Shown here: in pieces, positions 50,935 to 62,900 of the stretch
How positions within the stretch are numbered: the first letter of the stretch is position 1
Layout: every line of letters begins with the position of its first letter
Assembly: GCA_040954595.2 (NCBI GenBank)
Contig: CM082593.2
Span: 6,789,579-6,853,578 of the forward strand
DNA length: 64,000 bases
From: Balanoglossus misakiensis
Taxonomy: Eukaryota > Animalia > Hemichordata
Direction of reading: 5' to 3'
Made by a program: the position numbers and the translations under genes
Notes under the pieces: generated by a model
What the model saw: only the letters and a program-made list of their open reading frames with translations
The model's database searches: none
Told to the model about the DNA's origin: nothing

Positions 50935-53900
50935 GTAAGTGAGCAGCTACCTGTTCTTAGTTTTCTGGATCGGTGTTTTAGTTTTAGCATGTCCATGGTT
51001 TTAGTATATATGCATGATTAACTTTAACATGTGCATAGCAGATTGAGAAGTACTAGTAAGCTGGTTTTCCGTGCCGATGATAACTTTTCTTCCACCATTG
51101 ACTTGGGCTACTGTTGAAGAAATAATCACTTTTCTCCAGAGAAATAAAACTTTTTCATCATGGTAGCGTTGAATCTAGGTCTAAGGGGACTTTAGACGCC
51201 GATAGGGCAACTCCGTTGTTCTTACATATGTACCCTTATCAATACATACGTTTTGTTTATATTCAGCAATATGCAAAGTTTTTTCTTCCCTTCGAATGCT
51301 GTCTTATTACAGTCGGGAGACTTTTGTGAGCCTAATCATAAGACAATCCACCTACTCCATAAAAGTTATCAAGGGACACCGTTGTTGTACTATTTGTGGG
51401 CAAAGGCGGCAGTTCACTTCGTTTTATCGCATCAGCGTTGACATTAATGATTAAATGTGACCAGTGAATCAGTTTTATCCCGAGACGGTCAAAGATCAAC
51501 TTACACGTACCCGACATAGTTTTTTTTTGCTCTTGGTGTGGGGATGGGTGCGTACCTGCAGTAATGGTAGTGTACAGCTATGCAGGACGTCGCATATAGG
51601 TTCCTATGCAGGGTTTATGCCAAGTGTAAATAACTTGGGTTATATGTGCGCTCATATTATCATGGCTGTACGTGACATGTCCATGACTTTATCGACCTTT
51701 TTTGTGAGAATCTTACAGGTGCCATGGTCCCGTGCTATCTGTATGGTGCTACGACACCTTGATGATTAACTATCTTGTGTGCCATCTTTGAGGAAAATAA
51801 AAGTACAAAAACAAACACATGTGTTTACAAGCGGGTTAAAATTTCCGCGAAATGTTTATAAGCGGGTTAAAATTTCAGTGAAGTCGACCTCACTTATAGA
51901 CAAAACATATGTATATATAGTGTAAAAATTACAGCATGCGTAATGAAAGAATACGAAAAATCGAAGTGTTATACTACCTGAGTTTTTTTGTGACCGAAAA
52001 TTTGATGAACCAAATGTAAGTATTGTGGGGCGAGTGATAAATGGTGCATTGTTCACAAACCCGTGTATGTTGGATATCATTTTCGCGAAACTATTCAGCA
52101 CACTCCCCACGGCTTGGCCAGGTCGACCTCCCAGGGTCATAATCTCTCTTCCAGTGGCCACGCCCACCCAACCCTAGATATTGAACCAACCCTCTCTCAA
52201 ATGACACACATCGTTGATGGCCCGTCTGATGGCCTACCAGATTGCGCTTCAGAAGGCAAGAAATATCAACACGTGCCGGAAAAAACAAATAAACATTAGG
52301 TTTACGTAGGGTGAAAAAAGTCCAAAAGTTCCTGACTTTAAATAGGTCGCTTGCATCCTGTTTGTCTACTGATTTCTTTTTACGAGTTTCCGAATTTTCA
52401 TTTGATCGAATTGTCGGGATAAAAACTCTTGGGGTCAACTCTCAGCCCCTCAAACGAAAGGAATTATCTTTCTATCCACCATCATTTAAGAAATTATGAC
52501 ACTGCTCTTTACGGTCGAAGTTTGCGTCATCTGAATGACACGGTCCAAACTCACAATGCCACGCGGTGTAGAACTTCTTCGTTTAAACGTCGGTGGCGCC
52601 CTACACTTGTTCACACACATCCTGACACGTGCATGGCTCTCCGTCACTTGCACAAAATCCATTCGGAGTCACTTGTTATTTGAGGCCAGATAGCTTCAAG
52701 AACTTTCTATAGAACGTAACTAGAATACTAACACTGCTTCTGTTTTTCTTTTCTTACAGGCAAAGCAAAGATTTACACGTGATGTGAAAAGCAAGGGTAA
52801 GAAATTTATTTTGATGGTTGCCATGTGTCTGTGACTGACTAGCTTTGGTCAAGCACATTGGTGTCTAGAAGGTCAACAGGCAGTCAACTGCCATGCTGAC
52901 CGACCATCAACCTCTAATCTTAACTTTGTGCCCTTTATATATTGACAGTGCTTTAGTATTTTTTTTCCTGAACAGATTTCATTGACTTTTTTCTTTCATA
53001 TAGATTGACATACTTGTACATGTACAATGCAAAGGCTTGTTCTATGCACAAGCATTTACTCAGAGTGTCGACAGCTTCTTATGCCATTTTGTCCTCTGTT
53101 TTGATTATATAACTATGAGAAATTGCTGTGAATTCATTTAATTCATTTAATATTGTCTATAGGAATCCTATAGGATAGTCGTATGGGATTGTGCCACCTT
53201 TCCTATAAGATTCTTAAGGACCCCATGGTTCTTATAGGATTCCTACAGGTCCTATAGGAATCCTATAAGATATCTTTGTAGGGGATGTGCTTGCCGTTGT
53301 GCAATCCGATTAAAATCAGATGTAGGGAACGGCGACGTGTTTTTTTTATGCTGTCGCCTCTCACTACTACCATGTCGCCGTTCCCTACATCTGATTTTAA
53401 TCAGATTGGTCGTTGTGCATCTGGAACTCAGCTGCGGGGAGAGAACTGAATTCTCACCTACGTGGTACTGGCCTACTAGGACACTGTCCGTGTCCGGGTA
53501 TTAGAGAAACAATGTTGAGGAAGTGATGTTGGCAGTCTGTCATTGTTCTTTGCACTTCACAACCCAGACACAGCTTTTCAGGTACTGGAGCGGCACAGAC
53601 GGTCGGGACTGAAGGCGATCTGGTCGAGGGTTGCCACGGCCGCGGAGGAAGCGGTCGACGGCGTCGTGGAGACGGTGGAAGGCATCGTGTACAGTTCGAG
53701 CGAGGAGGAGGCGGAGGCGGACGACTGCGAGCGGTTGGAGGGCGAAGAGTGCGAGCCCCGAGGCCACCGCCCCCGGGGTGGGGACAGCGCCGAAGTGGAG
53801 GAACACACAGAAGGTCATTTCAGTGAAGCAATCTGCTCGCCGGTTTTCTTGTCAAATTAGTGGGCGTTAAAGACAATGAGGAAAGAGGGTGGGTCAAAAA

Positions 53901-56900
53901 TGGAGATGTCACCTAAGACAGAAGGTGGGGAAACAGAGGATCATGGGAAAGACAAGTTGCTAGGTGACTTGTGGGGAGGGGATTATAGGGATGGACAGTC
54001 AGGGATATAGTCAAACAGGAGGAGAGCTAAGACAGGGAGAAGTGTTTAAGTTTTGGAGGGGAAGGACAAAAGTCAGTAGGGGTAGTAGGGAAGGGGGTAG
54101 GTTGGATATATGTAGAAAGGGGGACTTTCTTTACTAAAGTACAATTTATCAGTCAGGGAAAACCTGAGGAAGTTGACACTCAAAGTAATTTTAGAGAATT
54201 GATGGGACGATTTGAAATGATACGTTGAAAAGTTAAGTGCACTAAAAGAAGAAGAATGTGTAAAAGAACACAAGTGATAATCGTCATCTTCGTCTCAAAA
54301 CAGGACCCCTGTCACACTTCATCATAACCCCCAACGCAGCCCTTCCCCGGAACAACAACTTAAAAATCGACGGAATATCCGCGGAGGAGTGCGCCCGAAC
54401 GTGCATTATGTCGACGTCGTTCACGTGTCGCTCGTTCGACTTCAAAGAGCGCGGCCAAATCTGTTGGCTGAGCGATAAGAACACGCTCGACGTGTCTATG
54501 CGCACCGATTACCATGGCGACCCGTACGACTATTACGAGCGTAGGGAGACCAGTAAGTCTGAGAACGGATTGGTGTCTCTGCACAGCAATGCTTGCTGAT
54601 AAAAGCTGCTGCTCTTTCCGCATAGATTTGCTGCTGTAACTGTAAACTTAACTTTAAACATTGTTGACGTGGTTATTTTTACCCCAAAACACTACTTTTG
54701 TTCGGGTATATATTACTCATTCCCTCGCGAGATTTTATTGATACTGTTATTCACATTTCGGATGTATGAGATGAGCTGTTAATACCTCCCTGATTTAGTT
54801 TGTACACATTATTTGCTTAGCATGAACATCACATCATTGGAATATGTCCATCCAGGTCATTAGATGTGAGATTTTAAAAGGAGGGTAAATTTATTTATTT
54901 ATTTGACTAATGGAAAATTTCTGCACTTTATTTCATGACTGAATCACACTGACAGAAAGATAAATCGTGAATTGCATAAAATCAGAATTTTATTATCAAA
55001 AATGTATAGGAATATAGCCTGATATGTTTGAAAAAAGTCAGCTTTTTTCTTATAGGTAGGGAATGTTGTACTCTTTCTGTATTTTAGAAGATTAATGAGT
55101 TTTAGGTAGGTGGATGCATGTATGCTTGTAATAGATGCTTCAGATGCTTAATTTGCTCAAACTAATTCTTTATTTTTGTGCTGATAGTGATTGTATGTGT
55201 AATTTATGTAAAATGCTTTTCACGCTCGCATAAGTGCATTGTATGTATAGGCTATTGCTTATGAAGAATAAATGTAAATGGCTTTTGATTATGATTGCTT
55301 ATTAATATTGCTGCTTTTGCTCTTTTTTTCTTAGATTGTACAAGTAACGGCATGTGTGTTTCAGTTAACGCATGAACTGCAAGAAAATTCCAAGTGTGAA
55401 ATTCGCTTCTTTTGTTGTGACTGTGCTTTTGTGTTCATAGGAACTAGTGGACAATATAGTTAGTGTCGTAACATTGTTTGGTTGATTTTCCAGGTCCACT
55501 TGGTCTGTTCACTAAGATTTCCAGAGCAGCTATCCAGGGGCATAACAAAGTATCCTTTGTTGATGTCAGCCAAGCAGAGTGTGCTGAGAAATGTGCCTCC
55601 ATGACAGACTTCACCTGTCTGTCGTTCGACTATGCACGAGCTCGTCGTAAATGTTGGTTGAGCGATAAGAATACCGTTTCAGTTAACTTAAAGACGGATT
55701 ACCAGGACGATCCATATGATTATTATGAGAGAAAAGGTGATGTAGAATTAAATCATTGAATCTTTTTGCGTTATTCTGTGGCATTGTACCATCTGATTCT
55801 ATGTCATCCTGTCCACGTGGTGATTACAGGATTTACCTTTCCCCATCATGGTTTGGTCCAAATCCATTGTTTTCTATGGTAAAGTTGGACTTTCCCAGAG
55901 GAAAATGGGGTGAAATTGTTGCGTATCAAACTTATTAATAGACACAGTGCATATTGAGAAGAAACGTTGCCAGTTTTTTACATTGAAGGCAGTTTGTGGA
56001 AATTTTGCATTTGATATATTGAATGTAAAATCTTGCTGGAAATTTCTCAGTTGGTGGAAATTTCACAATATTGATATATTGAATGTAAACACTGGCTTTC
56101 CCAATGCAGGTATGGAATGTTTCGTGATGTGGGACACGTCGGATTACCGCGGCACCATCTCGCGCACCAACTCCGGCAAACGGTGCCAGAAGTGGACGGC
56201 ACAGTCGCCCCACACTCACATGCGAACGCCGGAAAACTACCCGAACAAGGGACTCGGCGACCACAACTATTGTCGCAACCCGGACGGCGAAGAGAGACCA
56301 TGGTGTTACACGACGAACGCCAACACTCGCTGGGAGTTCTGCGATGTCGGTGAACCAGGACAGAATTGTGACCCAAGTAAGGAGATATATAGTGAATCAA
56401 CGTACGACCACACACAACTTCCATCCCGTTTGTAGGATATGAGAGTAAACATCTCGCCAAAATGAATAAATTGACCGATTATTCATTTTGGCGAGTTTTT
56501 CACTCTTGTGTTTGCAAGTGGGATGGAAGTTGTGTATGGTCGAACGTTGATTCACTACATATACACATGTATTATAACATAAACGGTGTCTTGTATCAAA
56601 CATAATTAATGGAAAATGGGCAGCGAGAGAGAGACTTTGTCCCTTTAATTTGTGACTCTATTAATCCGTTAATAGCAGACAGTGACTGTTGCTAAATAAC
56701 TGGTAGGGGTGAGAAGTTTTGGTTGGTTTATATGTGTGGCCACAATAGCCAAAATTGTCCACTTGAATTCAGCATATAACTCTCAAGAACACTGTAAAAA
56801 ATAAATGATGACCGAGATTATAGCATATATCTGCTATAATTAAAATAATCATTTTATGAATAAAGAGCCACATATTTGTATTGTCAATGGTAATGATCTC

Positions 56901-59900
56901 CACTTATGGACGGTATGTGCTTAAAGTATTAACTGGACAGAAGGCAGTAGTTGACGGAGAGATTTTGATACATAATGTTCCGTTGTCTCCTACAGCTTTG
57001 GTGAATGTGGCGGAGAACAGCAAAGCTGAACAGAGCAGTGTGCATTCCCGGGGCGACGCCAGCCTCGCCCTTGATGGCGACATCAACGGAGTGTTCTCTC
57101 AGAGGACGTGCACGCACACAGACATCGAGATGGAGCCCTGGTGGCGGGTGGATCTTCAAATGCAGTACAACATCCACAAGGTGGTGCTGTTCAACCGACA
57201 GGACTGCTGCGGTGAGTCCAAAAAATGTGAATGGTTGAGTTGATGCGGAGAGGAGGAATCTCATGTAAAACTGTGTAATTTGGCAAATCAGTACTTAATT
57301 AAAGGCATAAAAAGGCAAATTATTTGAACAAACTAAAAGCAAATTTCTTGAATTCTTTGATATCAAATGATGTCCGAGGCACTCAGGCGCAGTTTACATT
57401 GGCATTCAAATTTCCAGATGACGGGCAACTTCAGCAACGTGGTGCAGACAAAGACTATGCAGACGAAACGCCATGAGGCTGATGAGACACCATGCATACA
57501 TGCCTGATACATGTTACGTGTCTGACGGTTCTAAAGTAAAAACATACTCGGGACAAACTTTTACTGGATGTCGAAATATTGCTTGCCCGTCATCTGACAA
57601 CGCAGTGGGTCACGTGGCCAGATCACGTGATTGATAGTAAAGAATAAACTGATATCAGATCATGTGTTGTGACGTAACTGTTGTCTTTTTTTTGCTTCCA
57701 GGTGAACGGTTATTGAATGCTCAAGTACGCGTCGGTTTAAGTGAGACCATCTATGAAAACACCATCTGTGGAAATCCAGTGACCCAAGAACAGATCGACG
57801 CAGACCAAGGAATCGTGATAACCTGTGATTCGCCCGTTCCAGGACAATACGTCAGTGTGCAGTTGGTGGGAGAAGAAAATTATCTGACGTTGTGCGAGGT
57901 GCAGGTGTTTGCAGCCAGTAAGTGTCGGTTCTTAAAGTCAGTGGGAAGTCTCAGGTTCCATTTAATGTCAAATCATGGTTTTAGCATGATTGTCTGATAA
58001 ATCTGTGGTGATTAAAGGGACAAAGTCTCTCTCTCTCTCTCGCTACCCGCCTTCCGTTAATTATATTTGATACAAGACACCATTTATGTTATTCTATATG
58101 TGGATATATAGTGAATAAATGGTAGAGACCTATTATTCATTTTGGCGAGTTTTTCACTCTCGCGTCTACAAGTGGGATGGAAGTTGTGTGTGGTCGAACG
58201 TTGATTCACTATATATTCACATGTAGAATAACATAACCAGTGTCTTGTATCAAACATGGAAAGGGGCAGCGAGAGAGAGACTTTGTCCCTTTAAATCATA
58301 CAAAACATTTTTTGTTTTCACTTTTGAACAGCTGAGGCGCTGTCGAGCTTCACCATGGTTCCAAACGCAGCGCTGCCAGGACATAACACTCGCAATCTGA
58401 GAGACAGAACAGCAGAGCAGTGCGCCTTGGCCTGTCTGCAGGAGACCGAGTTCCTCTGTGCCTCATTCGACTACAAGAGGGCGGACAGAATCTGCTGGCT
58501 GAGTGACACCGACGATTCGGAGGTACCACTGAAAACGAACTTCAAAGATGATCCGTATGACTATTACAAGAGACAGTTTGAAGGTGACTATTATTAATTG
58601 CATCTTTTCATTTTGAGTGCCAGCTACTCATTGGCTATAACAATCTGCAAAGACCACCAGAGAGCCAATCAAAATCACTCATGCTTGTGCAATTATGTCT
58701 ACCATGAATAAATGAATGATGATGAATGAGGAATGGGAACCATGTGTTAGACACCAACAAATATAGTTGGTGATATTTCGTATCTGCTATGGTCAGAATC
58801 ATTCAAGTGACATGTGATTTAGGATATTACCGTTTAAATTGAAAACCAGTTCCAACAAATTCATATGCAGCTAATGTACTTCTTTTTGCAGTAATTTTTA
58901 AATAGATATAAATAACTATTTAAAGCATTTACCTCTGTTTTACAGACAATTGTTACAACAGCAACGGCGAATCCTATCGCGGGGAGGTTTCTATCACTGA
59001 AGACGGCAGAACATGTGCCAACTGGAACAGTGTCACTGATCTGGTGGCCATCACAGCAGAAAACTTTCCCAGCTCAGGTGAATAAATGAATTATGCATTT
59101 ATGCCAAGTACAAACACACTGACTTGTCTGTACTCAATTGTGTACGTGGTTACCATTCAAAAGGTTAGGGTTAGGGTTCATCGAACAAATGTGGTAGATT
59201 GTATTTAACCCTTTGACTCTCTATTCCCCAAGTTTGTAAACTTAACGGTCAAATTTTACCATAGAAGACAGTGGATTTTAATTCAGGACCAGACCATGGT
59301 AGTGGTAAAATTTAACAGGCATGCAAATAAGGTTATCCTTGATAACAACTTTCTGTCATCACCGCAAATGTTTCCAACAGGTTTGGGCGATCACAACTAT
59401 TGTCGTAACCCTGACAACGATAGGAAACCATGGTGTTATGTGCTGAACGATTACAATGAAGTTGAAGGCTTTGAATATTGTGCCATCCGTCCGTGTGAAG
59501 ATGGTTTGAAGACGACTCCCAAACCAGCCACTACTGCTAAAACTACGCCAGGTAAGATTAATTAATGCTGACTTTATTTAAGTTCTCTCCGTGTCGCATG
59601 AAAAAAATATAGCTGCCTATGTTCTCCATGTTTCAAAATTTTATTCTCAGCTTTCAACAAATCTGCTGGCAACTATGATTGTGACTTGTAGCACAGTGTA
59701 ATATTAAGTAACCATGAATTTCATGCGAATACTTCTATTGACACGAATTTTTTAAATTTTGTTTTCAGAAGTTGTCACTTGCAGCTCGACAGACTTTTCG
59801 TGCCAGAGCACAGGAACGTGAGTAGAAACATTGACATTATCGCAAAATTGTCTCAACCCACAATAAACATGACCTTTATCTACACTAGCCACAACAAGGT

Positions 59901-62900
59901 CATAACAACAAGATCGATCTTTATTTTTTTCTTTCGAAAGTCCTTGGAAAAGGTCAAACTATTTTCATGGCAAGACAAGCAAATATTTTTGCAAACAATT
60001 TTGAAAGTGGAGTTTGAGGATTTGCAATGGTGCATGCTTGTTGAATAAATGTCTTTTGAAATTCATTTCAGGTGTATTCCGTTGTCATGGCAATGTGATG
60101 GTGAGCCAGATTGTGGGGATAGCTCTGATGAGCGTGACTGTGGTAAGATAGAATTTAGATAAAATCTACCTCATATTATATACATATATATGTATAGTAC
60201 AGTATATACATGTACATATACATGTATATGTATAGTATGTAGCTTCATTTTTGGGAACGTTGACATGTATAGGCAGTTTTGACACACGCTAATATTTGTA
60301 TGGTATGCCCACCTAAATTCACATTCTGGAAATCCAACATGCAGCAAGATAGGTCATTCCTCTGGAAAAAGTCCAAGATCATATCTTCCACAATTTTAAG
60401 GTTTGTACTGGCCTGACCAACAAAGCACAAGTATAGTTTTGTCTTTTTCAGCGAAGGGAGGATATCATATCAGCAGACTTGTCATTACGTCAATTCTGCC
60501 AAAGTTGTGACACATTCATTCTGACTTCAAATTTGCAGAAAGTCCCCTGGAAGATTTCAGACTGATTCCGAACCAAGCGCTCCTGCAGAACGAGGCTGGT
60601 TACCACTTCCTGACTCCGGAGGAATGCGCCAAGAAGTGCATCGAAGAGATGTCCTTCATCTGTCGCTCCTTCGATTACAACAAAGAAACGCAGGACTGTG
60701 ACCTGAGTGGTCAGAACCGGGCGCAGACTGGTGGGCTGCAGACCGTTGCTGGCGATCCCTATGACCATTACGAGAGGATTTCACAGACTGGTAAGTTTTG
60801 CCTCGTATGTGGAGTTTCAGCCTGGTTGTGATAAATTAGTCGTGATGAATAACATCAGATCAGTCATAGTTATTGGTGTAACTTTTTTGCATTTAATTTT
60901 CATGATTTTCAAGTTTAGATTGGTCCTTATTGGGTGGAACACACCTGTATTTATAACCTCTGATTGTAGCTGCATGTACATTTCAGTGCGAACAGAGATT
61001 GTAATATGTGTGCGTTAACGACTGCACTTGTGAGCTGTTGTTTGCTCCCAGGGAGTTGAATGGAATTATATTAGGTCCAGTGACCAAGGGTGCTATTGTA
61101 ACATACCTTGATCGTATTAATTTGTGAATATGTGCAAAATATAAGAATTCATTATTATTATTCGTTCGTGACAGCCAATTGTGAAGACCTGCCAGGTGGT
61201 CCGTACCATCCCTGTCCAAGTGGTCGCTGCATTAGTGCTGATTGGCTGTGTGACGGCGACAATGACTGTGGTGATTTCACTGATGAACAAAACTGTGGTA
61301 AGCAAGCAAAGTAGACTGAATTTCAGTAGCAAAGACATGGGCAATGGATGTTCATGTGTGTGTGGGTGTGTATGCGTTTACATTTGAATTATGGCTCTCT
61401 ATTCGACATCTGTTAAAAGAGAATTTCTTTCTCACAGGCACAGTTGAACCGGTACCTGTTGCTGTGCGACTCGTCGATGGCTCCTCACCAAACGAAGGCC
61501 GCGTCGAAGTCTATTACACGGGAGTGTGGGGAATCATCTGTGATGATCAGTGGGACATCAATGATGCTAATGTTGTCTGCAAACAATTGGGTTATTCAAG
61601 GTAAGTTCACTCTGATTATTAATTATCTCATGAGGTCTAAATTGACAACATACTACTTCCTTGTACATTGCCAGAAACCGTAATTTGTACAGTGAAACCT
61701 GTCATTACGGACACCTCTCTAATCAGCACACCTTTCTATTAAGGACAGATTTTTTGGTCCCAGAGGTGTCCTTATTAGACAGATTTCACTGTAAATTATT
61801 ATCTGGATGGTGGTTTAATTGTTGGAGAGGATGGTGGATTAATTGTTGGAGATCACCTCCAGAGGGCGCCATAGATGGAAACAAGCAGATTGCAATGGAA
61901 ATTGTTGTTAACATTTGAATGGACTCTGGGTCAGGAAAGAAAATGAGTGCATGATGATAAATAAGTCTTTTCTTTCCAGAGGGGCCATGACTGCCACTGG
62001 TCACTCATCCTTTGGTTATGGCAATGGAGTATTTCTCTTGGATGATGTCGAATGCTCCGGTCTTGAAGACACGATTTCGGACTGTTCTCACGCGGGCTGG
62101 GCAACACACAACTGTGCCCAGGACGAAGCAGCGGGCGTGGTCTGTCTCCCTGACGACAGTGAGTTATGCTTCCTTTGTCTCTCTCAGTTAGTTACAATGT
62201 GATACTTAACTATCAAGTATCAAATATTTGATGTGGTATAGCAACATAAATTTTCCCTGTATTAAAGATATACGGTCACCCATGGAAAATTAGCTCTAGT
62301 TACCATGGCAAATTGAGATCTAACCAATCACAGATTTTCAGTGGGTGGCACACGTGAAAAAAGAGCGCCACCATATGTTCTTTAGAACGCTCAAATACGC
62401 CATTTCTGACATATATGGGCGTATGTAAATTGGAAGTGACCGTATACCTTTAACACTCTTTCTCATTTTGTTGTTTTTTGCAGCTGATGTGGTCTGTGAT
62501 GCTGACCAGTTTGCGTGCAGTGGTGGAATGAGATGCATTCCTTCCAGATGGGTGTGTGATGGTGACAACGATTGTGGGGACATGTCCGATGAACAGGATT
62601 GCGAGGCTCCCACAGAAGCGCCACCACCAGTCGAAGGTCAGTACAGTCTCACCAAGGTCACCACTAGAGGTCTTTGCAGAGTTTCAGGGTCTCAAACTTG
62701 TTTAATCCATCCAACAAAAGATAGTACCCAAATTTTTGGAGACATATTTTTTTACATAGGCGATTCCACATCTTATATGGAACACTGCACAGTCACCATT
62801 ACCTACTTCTATAGTTGCAGTTTAGAAATGATTCAGAAACTACTCATCTGTACACACTTGCTCACAGATAGTAATCACACCAATTCAGTTGTAAAATTCA

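Noticed and set aside
53568-53813. Canonical Gla domain call for exon 3
   Set aside because: Lacks FLEE, LEREC-x-EE-x-C spacing and the aromatic stack; kept only as a hypothesis in findings.
59162-59178. GGTTAGGGTTAGGGTT telomere-like motif
   Set aside because: Only 2-3 units; too short to call an interstitial telomere or element.
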